Origin: Chiloscyllium plagiosum
Lineage: Eukaryota
Direction: 5' to 3'
Assembly: GCF_004010195.1 (NCBI RefSeq)
Contig: NC_057734.1
Coordinates: forward strand, 41,007,904 to 41,071,903
Length of the DNA: 64,000 nt
In this document: positions 23,955 through 37,721 of the stretch, piece after piece
Numbering within the stretch: position 1 is the stretch's first letter
How the letters are laid out: each line of letters begins with the position of its first letter
Translations under genes and position numbers: made by a program
The notes under the pieces: generated by a model
Told to the model about the DNA's origin: nothing
The model's database searches: none
What the model saw: only the letters and a program-made list of their open reading frames with translations

Positions 23955-24603
23955 GCAAAAGTGAGGACTGCAGACGCTGGAAACCAGAGTTTAGATTAAA
24001 GTGGTGTTGGAAAAGCATAGCAGGTCAGACAGCATCCAAGGAGCAGGAAAATCAATGTTTTGGGCAAAAACCCTTTATCAGGAATGGAGGCAGGGAGCCT
24101 CCAGGGTGGAGAGATGGGGGGGGTGAGACTGGTGAGAAGGTAGCAAAGAGTACAATAGGTGAATGGGGGGTGGGGATGGAGGTGATAGGTCAGAGGGGAT
24201 AGGTGGGAAGGGAGATTGTCAGGTAGGACAGGTCATGAGGACAGTGCTGGGCTGGAAGGTTGGAAATGGGGTAAGATGGGGAGGAGGGGAAACGAGGAAA
24301 GTGGTGAAGTCCACATTGATGCCCTGGGGTTGAAGTGTTCCGAGGCGGAAGATGAGGCATTCTTCCTCCAGGTGTCAGGTGGTGAGGGAGCGGTGGTGGA
24401 GGCTGCCCAGGACCTGCATGTCCTTGGCAGAGTGGGAGGGGAGTTGAAATGTTGGACCACGGGGCGGTGGGGTTGATAGGTGCGGGTGTCCTGGAGATTT
24501 TCCCTAAAGCACTCTGCGAGGAGGCGTCCAGACTCCCCAATGTAGAGGAGACTACATCAGGAGCAACGGATACGATAAATGACATTGGTGGATGTGCAGG
24601 TGA
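23955..24603 (-). mobile_element. Penelope-like element 3' portion (GIY-YIG plus 3' UTR with decayed hammerhead)
   Basis: Minus FTCTSTNVIYRIRCS*CSLLYIGE..VVQHFNS; cctgataaagggtttttgcccaaaacatt; TSD agtcatat(c/a)agtat at 23941-23954 and 24604-24617. Confidence 0.85.
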
Positions 24604-25190
24604 AGTCATATAAGTATTGTGGCTACAAGAACCTGTCAGAGGTTAGGAATCTTGCAATGAGTAACTCACCTCCAGGCTCCCAAAGTCAGTCCATCATCTA
24701 TAAGGGATGTCAAGAATGTGATGGAACACTTCTTCTGTCTGGAAGCGTGCAGCTACAACACTCAAAAAGTTCAACACGATCCAGGATAAAGCAGCAATCA
24801 TTTGATTGGTACCACATCCACAAAGAATTACTCCATCCAACAGCTGTGTACAATCAATAAGGTGCACTGCAGAAATTCATCAAGGCTCCTTAGACAACAT
24901 CTTATAAATCTGTGATGACTTCCATCAAGAAGGACACAGGCAGCAGATACATGGAAACACCGCCACCTACAAGTTCCCTCCAAGCCACTCGCCACCGTGA
25001 CTTGGAAGTATATTGCTCTTCCTTCAGGATTGCTGGTCAAAGTTCTGGAACACACTCCCTAACAGTATTCTCGGTGTATCTACACCAAATGGACTTTAAT
25101 AAGACGGCAGCTCACAACTATCTTCCCAAAGGAAACTATGGATGGGCAATAAATGCTGTCCCAGCCAACAATTCTCGCATTCCATGAGTG
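24604..25190 (+). mobile_element. 3' part of CR1-group LINE (host of the PLE; upstream part at ~23850-23954)
   Basis: Collinear with 12745-13400 in reverse; ends gatgggcaataaatgct..attccatga. Confidence 0.75.
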
Positions 25191-25399
25191 AACTTTGTAT
25201 TTTCTGGGAGGTGGTCTCCATGTCTCTCATTACTACAAAATAAATACAGACTCAATTATTTAAGTAGTCTGGGCACTTGTTTTAAGATCTCAGTGCTCGC
25301 ATTTACTGGATATTAGGGTCTTTTGGTACAACAGAGTATTGTTTGATTCGAAAGCAGTAACTGCCATCAACTCCCAGCTGACTCATGACCCACTTGCTG

Positions 25400-25460
25400 C
25401 CTGGCCCCGGAAGCGGAAACCAGATACACGGGAGGGGGGTCAGAAACAAGATGGCTGTCT
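25400..25460 (+). promoter_or_regulatory. COQ5 proximal promoter
   Basis: Tandem ETS/GABPA-type CCGGAAGCGGAAA ~25407-25419; YY1-type CAAGATGGC overlapping the ATG; CpG-rich. Confidence 0.6.
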
Positions 25461-25613
25461 GTCGGTTACTGGGGTCACTTCCAGTCGGGCTCTTTATTTG
25501 TCGCCGGAATCTTGTGGCTCCCGTTTTTGTGAGAGCTCGTTCCGCTAGAGCCGAGGAAAAGCAAACTCATTTCGGCTTCGAGAACGTGTCCGAGTCGGAA
25601 AAGGCGGAGAAAG
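25451..25613 (+). CDS. COQ5: COQ5 exon 1 (ubiquinone C-methyltransferase, mitochondrial presequence)
   Basis: MAVCRLLG...EEKQTHFGFENVSESEKAEK; GTGCGA donor. Confidence 0.92.
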
Positions 25614-25984
25614 GTGCGAGTGTGGGCAGGCTCAGGCGGACTGGGGTTTGGGAGGTTTGGGTGAACCTGGGAAGACCCTTGACTTTCCTCCTGTTAAGGG
25701 ATCCATAACTGTGAGTAGCCGAGCCATAGAAACCAGGAAATCCCAAAGCTCCAGTGAGCTGCTCTGAAATGACTTCGCTGAGCTAAACACTGCTGACATG
25801 CAGTTGACCTCAGGTTCGTAAAGGGCATATTAATTAGGAGCCCGACACCCGAATTGTCTTTGTCTTCCTGTTCACTCTCAGTTATGTCCCTCCTTATGTC
25901 ATGTGGGAAGTGTTGGATTTTAGTTGAGCATTTGAGCACACGCTATTACTTTTCACATGTACTTGATGACTCTTACCTCTACCT

Positions 25985-26310
25985 CCCCATAGAACCCCAC
26001 AGTGCGGAAAGAAGCGATTTGACCGATAGTCTCTGCACGAACCCTCCACAGAGCCATCCCACTTAGTCCTATAACCACACTCCTAGTTGTTAAACCACCT
26101 CGCCCACACACCCTTGGAGACTACAGACAATTTGGTATGGCCAATCCACTTAACCTGCTCATCTTTGGACTGTGGGAAGAAACTGGAGCATCCAGTGGAA
26201 ACCCATGCAAGTCGGGGAGAGCATGCAAACTCCATATAGACAGTCAAGGCGAGAATCAAACCCAGATCCCTGGTGTTGTCAGGCAGCAGTGCTAACCACT
26301 GTGTTGCCCT
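25985..26310 (-). mobile_element. HE1-type tRNA SINE
   Basis: Minus cacagtggttagcactgctgcc head and V-SINE-like body. Confidence 0.75.
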
Positions 26311-28839
26311 TGAGATCTCTTGATTCTTCCACTGGTGCTAAATTGTCAGCCTGCTTATATGATATCTCGTATTACCAGATCTTTTCTCCTATTAAATATT
26401 AGGAAGACAGAAACTTTTGTCTTTGGTCCCTGCTGCAATTTCTAGACATAGCTCCTGACACCTTCCCTTTCCTTAGCAGCTATCAGAAATTGAAACACAC
26501 AGTTGGCCACCTTGGTGTCATAATTGACTCTGAGATGTGTTTTAGACCACCTACTTCACTAAGCCTATTTCTTCTGTGATACTGCCACCTGATTTTGCTC
26601 CTGCCTCAACTCTTGCTGAAAACTTCTTCAATGCCCTTGCTATTTCTGAGTTTTAGTATTCCAAGCTATTCTTATCTGGCTGTAGTATTCTGTCCTTCAA
26701 AAATCTGAGGTCATCCAAAATTCTACTGATGTCTTAACTCTTACCATGTCCCATTCACTTATCAATCCTTAGCTCATAACTTACATTGCCTCCTGGTCAA
26801 GAAGTGACTTGATCTTTAAAGTTCTCATCCTCATTTTCCAGTCTCTTTGTGATCTTATTCAGTCCTATCTCTGAAATTTTTTTTTGCCTTAACATCATGC
26901 TCTTCACTTCATGTTCTTCATTGAATTTCATCTGCCCATCAGTTTGTGTCCTCTTGATGAATTATCATAATCCTCCTCACATTTGACAATATTTCCAAGT
27001 CGTCTGCAAATTTTGAAATTGTGACCTGGGCAATTGATGAACTAGATTGCTAGAGAAGGAAGTGGCTCTAGTCATGACCTCTGTGCAACTGCTGTAATTC
27101 ATCTTCCTCCAGTCTGAACAAAAACCATTCACTACAGTGTTTCCTGTCACTTAACTATACTGGTACAGTCTCTCTTATTCCATGGGTGTTAACTTTGCTC
27201 ATAAGCCTGTCATTTTATCAAATGCCTATTCAGAAGCCCACATCTCTCTCATCAGCGCTCTCCATTTAAAACAACAAACTCAACTAAGTTAGTGAAACAA
27301 TTGCCATTGCCAAATTCATTGTGACTTTCCTTAAACACTTAAACAAATGTGGATTTAAGAATTTTGTCCTGATTTTTCTTTCCCCCAAGAACTCCTTTAT
27401 CAATGAAGTTAAACTGACCAGTCTATAATTGCTGGACGTGTCCTTTATAACCTTTTTATTGAAGAATGGTGCAACGTTTGCAGTTTGTCAATCATCATAG
27501 CTCATCATAAAATCCCTACAGTGTGGAAACAGGCCATTCTCTGGCACCACTCCACCATCTACAGGCGGTTGGAAGATAAGGCCAGAGCATCTGCAATTTC
27601 CAGCCTTACTTCAATCATTAACCTGCAGAGAATCTGATCAGATGTTGGTGACTTAAAGTCCAGCCAGCATTTCCAACACTTTTTGTGTCTATTTTTAGGT
27701 CGTCAATTATCTCAACTACCTCCTCTTTCATTATGATTTGCTAGCATCATCTTCCTTGGTAAAGATAGATGCAAGGTACTGATTTCGTATTTCAGCCATA
27801 TCACCTGTTTCTGTGCCTAAATCCCCTTTAATTCCTAATTAGTCCTCTTCCTTCTTAGAGGAAAGCTGAAAAGAAAGTGAAGAGAATGCAAAAGTATGAG
27901 AAAAGATTGTAGATAACTTAAAAGGGAATACTATTATTTAGTAGTGTAAAAGGTTAGTCAAAGGAAAATAAGGCAAATTATGCTACAAAAATAAAATTGT
28001 CTTATGGAACCAGAGAGTATGCTGACATTGTATGACTACTTTGCATCTGACTTCACATTTTAGAAATAATACTACCATTGTTACAATAAAGAAGGTAGTG
28101 GTAAAGGAATTGGGAAAGATAAAAGTAGATAAGTTGGATACAAAATTGTTGACAGTGCTCAGAGTAGATAAATTGTCTGGGACAGATGGGTTCTTGGGTT
28201 GCTGAAGGAGGTAAGAGTGGAAATACTGTCTGCTGTACCAACAATATTTCAATTCTTGGATATACACAAGTGGTGTTAGGTGTCTGGATGGCTGCAAATG
28301 TTATACAACCCTGTTCAAAACAGTCAATTAAAGACCAGTTAACCTAGTGTTAATGGCAATGAAACATCCAGAGACGCGAATGCAAGATGTAATTGTCATT
28401 TTGACAAACTTAGATTAATAAACAAAAGCTATCCTGAACTGGAAAAAAGTAAATCACATCTGACTAATTTAAGTGCTTTTGTTCAAATAACGGAGAGAGT
28501 TGATGTGTAATGCAGTTGATGTGAGTGTGGATTTTCACTCTTCATTGCTTTATCTATCTGTAGAAACTTTCCAATCAACCTATTTGGATGCTATTACACA
28601 CTTTTAGAGAAGGTGGAACTCAATCTGAGGTCTCCTGGCTTAGAGTTAAGGATAAAGAGCCTATATGTGAACTTTCAATAAGGTGTTTGACAAAGTAGCA
28701 TGTAATAAACTTGTTTGCAAAATCTGTAGAATACAAGGAATAATTGGCAGTTATGCAAAATTGGCTATGAGACACAAACCAAAATTTCAGTGAATGATTG
28801 TTTGGAATGAAGTAGGATCCTTTTCACAGAATTCTTTTC

Positions 28840-29152
28840 TCATAGAACACCTACAGTGTGGAAGCAGGCCATTGGGCCCATTGAGTCAACACCACTCCTC
28901 TGAAGAGTGCCCACCCCTTCCCTATCCCTGTAACCCTGCATTTCCTATGGCTAATACACCTAGCCTGCACATCACTGGATACAATGGGAAATTTGACATG
29001 GCCAATCCACCTAATCTACACATCTTTGGATTGTGTAAGGAAACCAAAGCACCTGGAATAAAAAAGAAAATATGCGCACTCCACACAGACAGTAACCAGA
29101 GGGTGGAATCAAACCAGAGGGTGAGGCAGCAGTGCTAACCACTGAGCCACCC
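28840..29152 (-). mobile_element. HE1-type tRNA SINE
   Basis: Minus ggtggctcagtggttagcactgctgcctcac. Confidence 0.75.
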
Positions 29153-29289
29153 TTTGACTTTTGTCTTTGACATTTGCCAGCTTTGAATACAGGATTTTCT
29201 TTCAGTCCTGATAGGGACTCGCATACAACTTAGTTGAACTTGTATGTATGGTGGTTTTTGTAGAATAATTTTTTTATTTCTTGTTACAG

Positions 29290-29439
29290 TTTACAAAGTA
29301 TTTAAAAATGTTGCCAAAAATTATGATATAATGAACGACGCCATGAGCCTCGGCATTCACAGGTTATGGAAAGATGCACTGATTCGTATGATGAACCCAC
29401 TGCCTGGAACAAAGCTGCTTGATGTGGCTGGAGGAACAG
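29290..29439 (+). CDS. COQ5: COQ5 exon 2
   Basis: (V)[28 protein letters not shown]...LLDVAGGT(G), SAM-binding motif I. Confidence 0.97.
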
Positions 29440-29639
29440 GTACAATAATTATTCCATATACTCCTATGATGGGTATGTAAACATTTTCTGGTTCCTGCAT
29501 TCCTGATCATTCTCCCTTTTGATTTACCTAACTCTGAAAATGTTTGAGTTTTTGATGTGTTAAATTTGAGGTTGAGGTAACAGGCTCACTGAGATAAATG
29601 CTGTTGGTATGGAGTGAGGCATTGACACAGTGCCACATA

Positions 29640-30870
29640 ACAAATTTGAAGAAAATATAGACCTTGGAATAAAACTGTAGCAATGTGGACACAAAATTGG
29701 CTGGGTGATAAGAAACTAGTTAATGGTCAATAATTATTTATTAGGCTGAAGAAAGATTTCTCGTGAATTTCCCCAAGTGTCTGTATTGGGATGCTTGCTC
29801 TTCCTGATTTTGATTAGTGATCTAAATCTTGACAATTTCAAAGTTTGCAGCTGAAATGAAACTTGGAAGGATTGTAAACTGTGTGGAGGGCAATGTAAAC
29901 TTCAAAGGAAAAAGTCAAGTTGGGAGAGGGCAAATAGGTGGCAGATGAGGTTCAGTGCGGAGAAATGTGAGGTCATGCATTTGATTGGAGAAACAGGGAC
30001 AGATCATCTTAAATAAGGAGAAGAGTTCTAAATGCAGGAGCTATTGAACCTGGGTGTACATGTTCATCGATCATTGAAGGTGGTAGGACAGGTAAAGAGA
30101 GCAGTAAGTAAAACATACCCTTCTTAATAAAGCAGAGAATGCTGTATCGAGTACAAGAGTAAGGAGGTGATCAACTTGTATCAGACATCTGTTAGACCTT
30201 AGCCAGAATATTGTGTGCAGTTCTGGGCACTGCAATATAGAGTGGATGAGAATGTGTTGGAGAAATGCACAAGTGATTTATAAGAATGGTTCTAGTTATA
30301 ATAAACTTTATTATGAGAATAGATTAATGAAGTTGAGAGAACTTTAGATTAGATTCCCTACAATGTGGAAACAGGCCCTTCAGCCCAACAAATCCACAAT
30401 GACCCTCCGAAGTGTAACCCACCCAGACCCCTACGTTTACCCCTGACTAGGATACCGAACACTCTGGGCAATTTAGCGTGACCAATTCACTTGATCTGCA
30501 CATCTTTGGATTTTGGGAGGAAACTGGAGCACCCGGAGGAAACCCATGCAGAAGCAGGGAGAATGTGCGGCGTCCATACAGACAGTTGCCCGAGGTGGGA
30601 ATTGATCCCAGGTCCCTGGCGCTGTGAGGCAGCAGTGCTAACCATTGAGTCACCATGGACATCTGTTTCCAAAATCATGACTGGGCTGGGTAGAGTAGAT
30701 GGGGAAGAAACTGTTCCCGCTTGTAAAAGGAACAAAAATGAGAGGGCATAGATTTAAATTGATTAATATTGATTGATCGAGATTGATATGAGAAAATCTT
30801 TTTCACTCCGTGAGTAGTTGAGGTCTGGAATGCACTACCTGGAAACCTAATAGAGGTGGGTTCAATTTAG
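29640..30870 (+). mobile_element. Old CR1 fragment interrupted by an HE1 SINE
   Basis: Degenerate RT and C-terminal CR1 segments (aagtttgcagctga, aaatgtgaggtcatgcatttg, tctggaatgcactacc). Confidence 0.6.
30345..30660 (-). mobile_element. HE1-type tRNA SINE
   Basis: Head at 30655-30620; (aatct)n tail at ~30345-30355. Confidence 0.85.
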
Positions 30871-31613
30871 GCACTTAAAAAATAAATCATGAGATGTCTG
30901 TAACGTAGGCTGGGCCAGAATTTATTGGCCATTCCTCCCTGTCCTTGAGGAAGTGATGGTGGGCTGCCTTCTTGAAACACTGCAGTCCATGGGCCGAAGT
31001 TGGACTAACTATGCTATTAGAAAGGTAATTTCAAGATTTTAACCCAGCGACCATGAAGGAACAGTGATATATTTGCAAATCGGTGTGGTGAGTGGCTTGG
31101 AGGGAACCTTGCATGTGGCAGTGTTCCCATGTATCTGCTGTTTTTCTTTCTAAGTGGTAGTGGGTTTGGAAGGTGCTGTCGAAGGAGCCTCAGTAAATTT
31201 TTGCAGAGTGTCATATAGGTAGTATATGCTACTACTAAGCCTCCACGCCGGAGAGAGTGGATGTTTGTGGATTTGGTGCCATTCAAGCTTTGTCCTGGAG
31301 GTCAGAATCAAAAAGGGTGGTGTTGGAAAAGCGCAGCAGGTCTGATGGAATCTGAGGAGCAGGAGAGTCAATGCTTCAGCATGAGCCCTTCATCAAGAAG
31401 TGTTGAAGTTCTTGAGTGTTATTGGGTCTGCACTTATCCATGCAAGTGAGGAGTATTTCATCATCTTTCTAACTTGTGCCTTGTAGATGTGGACAGGCTT
31501 TGGGGAGTCAGGAGGTGAATTACTCTATCCTCTGACCTGCTCTTGTAGCCACAGTATTTATGTGGCGAGTCCAGTTGCGTTTCTGGCCAGTGGTAAATCC
31601 AGAATGTTGATAG

Positions 31614-32356
31614 TCTTACGACACGGCAATGAACCCTTCTGTTAAGTAAACTAAACACCTAGAAAAGCTCGTAATCTGTTAAAGTATGAGTGACAGAGTA
31701 CTTCCCAAATTCCACTATTTAAAGAAAATAACATCTTTTTTTTATACTCTAAAAGTGAACATTAAACAACTATTCACAAGTCTAAGCCTCCCTCTCTCTT
31801 AATTGCTTATTATCTGCATCCAACTCTATAACAATATACTGTTCCAATAAAACACTTATTAAAATTACAACTTAATATCAAAACCAAAGAGCAGCTGTCC
31901 TCTTCAGTGTCTGCCTTTTTCCGGCTGAAGATCTCCCTGGGTTGTCGTCTTTCTTTTTATTGTGAATATGTTACCTATGAAAAGGTACCATTGATGAGAA
32001 TGTTTCCTAATTTCTTGGATCTGCGTTGATGAAAGTTGCTCTGTCTAATTTTCAAAATGACTGCATTTTTATATCCCCAACGTCTGATCGTCTCATTGGT
32101 TCAATGTTGGCAAAACAATAAATTCAAACTCAATCAGTTTTAGTATCCTGGGGCATAATTTAAACTGGTTAAACTCAAATTGTTCTCAAAACAGCAATCA
32201 ACTCAGGTATCCATTTCACAACCAAATATTACATACTTTCAATTTTCCAATACACTCTGAGACTGCTATCTAGTCATTAGATGCTTGTCAACCCTCAGTT
32301 CAGAACAACATTCACACTCTCTTAAAGGTACAGTACATGCCTTTAACTTCATAATA
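31614..32356 (-). mobile_element. Solo LTR inserted in a LINE fragment (30905-32415)
   Basis: Ends TCTTACGA...TCATAATA (decayed TGTTA..TAACA); 4-bp TSD atag; minus-strand CCAAT, TATA and AATAAA in order. Confidence 0.7.
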
Positions 32357-34682
32357 ATAGTGTCGATTCAGTAATGGTACTGTCATTGAATGTCATGGGA
32401 TGGTGGTTAGATTCAAGCCAACTTTGAACGATTATTTGGAAAGAAACAATGTGCTGGGATATATGAAAGAACCAGGAGATTGGCACTCAGTAATGATGCT
32501 CATTTGAAGAACTGATGCAAGCATGGTGGGCTGAGTGGATTCTTTCTGCACCATAAGACTTCTGCGATTCCTTGAAATGAAAAAGGGAATGTCAACATTT
32601 TTCGCTATAGTGATCAGTTGAGCTTTGGATCAGTGTTGAGTCTTGGATAACAAATCTATCCCGTCACCAGGGCCACAATTCCACCTTCATAAAGTCACTG
32701 CACTCTATCCGTGAATCCATTCACCTGTTGCTGAAACCCTCAACTATGCCTTTAGCTCTTGCCTTGAGTTTTCCAGTGCATCGTTGACTTGCGTTGCATC
32801 TTCCACAAACTCATTGAGTTCATTCGAGACTCTTGCTCCCATCATAATTGACAACAAATCCCACTTCCCCATCATCCTATTCTTGCTGACCTACAATATT
32901 ATAGGTCAGTAGTGCCTTGATTTTAAAGTTCTTGTCTTCGCCTTCAGTCCCTTCATAGTCTCACCCCACCTTATCACTGTAATCCTTTCTGATCCCACAA
33001 ACCTCCAAGCTATCTACAGCCCTCCAACTGTGGCCTCTTGAGCCCTGATTTTAACTGTTCTACCATCAGCAAATGGATTTTTAACTGTTTCAACCCTAAG
33101 TCTGCCTCAACCTCCTTAAACCTCTCTCTGCATCTCTTTCCTCCTTTCCAAGATGTTCCATAAAACCAACCACTTTGTGGCTCAGTCAGCTTTAGTTTGC
33201 CAGTTCTCTTGTGAAGCACCATGGGACATTTTACCACATTAACAATGCTGTATAAAGTGGATGTAAGCAGCAGTTGGTATTGCCTTCCAAATCCATAATT
33301 GTGCTTTCTCTTTTCTCCACAATCAAAAACCATTGTATTGAACAAATGTTTGAGTCAAATGGAATACATATTTAGATTCATAGTTTAACAAATAATTTTT
33401 GTTGCTTTTTTAACTTTTTGTATTTTTATTTCACTACTGTTTTTCTGTATTGAGGCAGATTAAAATTCTACAAATATCTTTGTTTAAATTAAGCAGCAAA
33501 TATAGCTGCATTCAACCTATCAAAGTGATATCACATCGCTTTCTCCTCAAAATCTTTTGCTTTATTGAGTTTATTTTGAATGGTTCCCCACTTAGTGAAA
33601 TGATATAGGAATTCTTGGCAATTATCGCTTGAGTACTTTGTGCAAGTGAATCATTGTTTATTAACAGATCTGTTTAGAAGTTGCAAAATATTGTGGAATG
33701 GGGTGTACCCATGCATATTGTACTGTTGTAAACTTTTCACTTTCACCCAAATGATGAAATGTTTTATTATGTAGTTCTAGTTGACATGCATATTACATAG
33801 TTGTAAGAAAGCTAGAAATCCCCAGATTTCTTTTCTCTTTCCCCTTCTTGATTTTAGAAGCATAGAGCTCTTTTCGTTATGCTTCCCAGAAAGGATACTG
33901 ATCAGAAACAAGAAGTCTCAATGTTCCCTTCCCAGCCAGGATCACTACAGTCTCAACAGAGGCCCATTACTGCTTGAGCTTTGAGGGGAAAGGGAGTCAA
34001 ACCTTGCTACTCCACAGTTTATTTGCACAGTGTGAGAGGATGAGATTCTTTCTGAGATAAAGGCTTCATTCCAATTTTTTTAAAACATTTTGACTGGTAA
34101 ATTGACTGAGGTTAGCAGTGATTTTGTTTTTTCAGAAACTAAGACCAGTTTCATTCCTCTTGTTAGCCATTCTTTTAATCATTTTATATTCTGGATATGA
34201 AACAAAGTTAACATTTTGTTATCACCAACGTCACACTGATATTGAATTTGCCAGTATAATGAGAATGACTGATCACTGGTCTAAGTAAAACATGTTGAAT
34301 GTTTTAAAACCATATCAAAAGCAACACATTTCACTTTCTAATGTGCTAACTCTTGCTGGAGTGTACATTCTTGGTTTGATACCTAGTTATTTCTCAGGTG
34401 AGTTGGTAGTGTCAGGAAGCAAACCTCCCAAAGCCCAAGTCAATCCATCATTCTGATAGTGAAAAATTATTGGCATTGGCTTTTCTTTCCTCTTTCCATC
34501 ATCATATTATCCCAGTAGACAAGTGCTGGAAAAAAATGGTCATATCCTGATTATCATTTGCACAAGCTGGTGTCTGAGACTGGTACTTTCTAGGTTTACA
34601 TGACTCTGCAAAAATGGATTGTTTCTTATCTGTAATAAAAACTGATTTAAATAAAATGTGAAACTTATTTGTATTTCTGCAG

Positions 34683-34910
34683 GGGATATAGCCTTTAGGT
34701 TCATGGATTATGTAAGAATGCAGCAGGAAAGACAGAGTCGACAAGCAGTAAAATCTAACCAGAGCCCATCATGGCAACAAATCAGTGACTTCTATCAACA
34801 GCAGAATAAATCCGATTCTGATTTGGGATCAAAGGCAGTCATCTGTGATATCAATAAGGAAATGTTAAAAGTTGGGAGGCAAAAAGCAGAACAGTTGAAC
34901 TATTCTGAAG
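34683..34910 (+). CDS. COQ5: COQ5 exon 3
   Basis: (G)DIAFRFMDY...VICDINKEMLKVGRQKA..; AG/GTAGGT boundaries. Confidence 0.95.
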
Positions 34911-35849
34911 GTAGGTATTACTTAAAACATGGAACATTTCCTCAGCTCTTACATGTGATTTGTAAAGCTAATAGGAACCTCCACAAACAGTTCTGATGTT
35001 GATGTATTTGAAAAAAGATATGAAAGCATGCAAGTATATAAGCGATTATAGTAAAGGATTCCATTTTTCTCAGTCTATTCAACTGGTCTTTTAACTGTTC
35101 CAATAAGGTGTTACTTATTAAATCTGGAGTTAGAAGACCCAAATGATAGTGCAGAGCAGGACTGAAGGAATAAATGTGAACAGAGAAATCTGGAACTGAT
35201 AATAAGGTGATGTTACCCAGGTACATGGAGCTTTGGAGTATGGATTGCAGCAGTTCAAAAAGGTTACTCATAATTGAAAAAGGGAATAATGTAAGGGCTT
35301 TTGAGAGTCCAAATTCCCCACGTAGCAAGATGACTACAATATTATTAGATATTGTGACTGCATCATCTAATGAAGGACTTAGAAAGACTGATAAGGAGCT
35401 CCAAGTCAGGAAATCTCACCAGTGTCTAAACCACTTCATCCCACCACCTTTGTCTCCTTGTGGATCATCCTCTGGGGTGAAGCTTTGATTGGTCCCTCCT
35501 AATATCTCCCTTTTGCTCGGCATCGATGTGAAGTTCATTGACATAATTTTCTCCACAAAAGGTGTCACATCAATGTAAGCTGTAAATAGCTGAAAGGCAG
35601 TCTGGATCAGATTGTGTTGGATTGAATACACATTTCATTTTGCAATATTTTTGATTTTGCAAGCTTGTAATAACAAGAGAGCATCCTTGTTTAAAACTGC
35701 CTTTCATTTGCATGCTTAATCATGTAAGCACAACAGTTAACTTCCACTTTTCCCACATCAGAAAAAATTCTGCCCTCTACTCCTAAAATCTCTAATTCAT
35801 GCTGAGCTTATAATTATTCTTCAGTATTTCTCATAAGTTGGGTAGTCCT

Positions 35850-36517
35850 GATTTTGGAGGTGCCGATGTTGGACTGGGTTGAACAAAGTTTAAAAATTAC
35901 ACAATACCAGGTTATAGTCCAACAGGTTTATTTGGAAGCACTAGCTTTCGAAGTGTTGCTTCTTCATTGGGTGGTTGTGGCGCAGAATTGTAAGACACAG
36001 AATTTATAGATACTTCTATTTATGAAGTGGGGTTTACAGAATCTTACATGGGTTTATGCAGTTTTTGAGCAAAATAAAATGTAATTCTGCAAGTAAGTAT
36101 GAATTTGTACTTGCAGAATTACATTTATTTTGTTCAAAAACTACATAAATCCATGTAAGATTCTGTAAATTCCACTTTAGAAATAGAATCAGTCTGGCCT
36201 AACATTGAGACACAGACTTTAACCTCACACCTTCAATGCATTATCTGAGCTGAGCTGTTGTTAAAGCTATCTTGAGAATGTAACTTTTAAATAGTTCTGG
36301 GATTTACATATGAAGGAACCAAAACTAACATGGTCATTCTAAAAGATGAAAGACTGAAGCTAAATTGGTTTAATATTACATTCCATGACTCTGCAATAAA
36401 TTCTGTGTCTTACGATTCTGCTCCACAACCAACTGATGAAGCAGTGCTTCAAAAGCTAGTGCTTCCAAATAAACCTGTTGGACTATATCCTGATGTTGTG
36501 ATTTTTAACGTTGTCCC
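35850..36517. mobile_element. Non-coding PLE-related element with terminal and internal inverted repeats (third hammerhead family, decayed)
   Basis: ~35880-36006 is inverted at ~36397-36517; ctgatgaagcagtgcttcaaaagcta ~36433; internal palindrome ~36032-36170. Confidence 0.7.
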
Positions 36518-36678
36518 AAATTGGTATTCTTCTGGTGAACTTGATGCTTTTGTCACTTCATGCCCAGAGTCATGTCCAACACCAACTAGCACTCAGAATG
36601 GCAATCCTTGTTTATTTCATTTTTGCGGAATTAACTATAGTATATTTGGTTCATAGGAATACTGTTTCTCCCCCACAG

Positions 36679-36785
36679 GTCTGTCCTGGGTGGTGGGAAA
36701 TGCAGAAGAGCTGCCGTTTGACGATGACAAGTTTGATGTTTATACAATTGCTTTTGGAATTAGAAATGTCACTCATATTGATCAC
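36679..36785 (+). CDS. COQ5: COQ5 exon 4
   Basis: (G)[35 protein letters not shown]. Confidence 0.97.
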
Positions 36786-37067
36786 GTAAGTTGATATAGT
36801 GTATTATTGAAACCAATTTATGATCAATTCTGATGGAGAAGCTGCTGCCCATTACTTTCCTTGTCTGCTATCTCTCACTAAATAGAAATGCTGTGCCTAT
36901 TTTAAAGTTGAAATAAAGAAAGGCCAAGAAGTTTATTTCCTTAATTAGAAAGTTCCTTAAAATAGTTTTACTGCATCTTATCTGTTGTGTACAAAATTTC
37001 TGTAAAGTTTCTTTCTCTTCTACCTGATGGAGTAAAAGATTATCTATGCGGAAGCCTCTGGCACTGA

Positions 37068-37181
<114 letters not shown>

Positions 37182-37721
37182 TAGCCATAGTGAATTCTGT
37201 CATTTAGCATGTTTTGGAGAATCTCCAGCATTAAGGATGGCCTGAGCTTTTTCTGCTCAATTTGTGCAATTAGAGCCTACTGCCACTACTTCCTTTTGAG
37301 AATCAGAAACCTATGCTACAAGTTTCTCCAACAGTGTACTTCTGAGTAAATGTGAATATACCATTAGGTGGATGCAAATCACTCATCATGGAGCCTATAA
37401 TTTCTGCCCTGCTTTGAACTTCCTCTGCCTCCAAAAAGTACAGGTTGAAGATAACTCAACAAAGAAACCATTGTGCCACTGCTGTTTCAAAACAATTGCT
37501 CAAAGCTTTCTACTAACTAAATAATAGCAAAAAAAACAAGCAATGTTCAGAAATACTCTTAGTAACTTTCAGATGAGGCACTTGTCAATCTATTTACATG
37601 TATGACTCTACCCATGAAGATCTAGATGCCTATTTTAAACAGACAAAAACACGAGTAAGTAGTTTGTAGGTGAGACCTCTGGGGAAATTGTCTAGCCTAC
37701 TTGTTATAAGGGTCTCAACAC

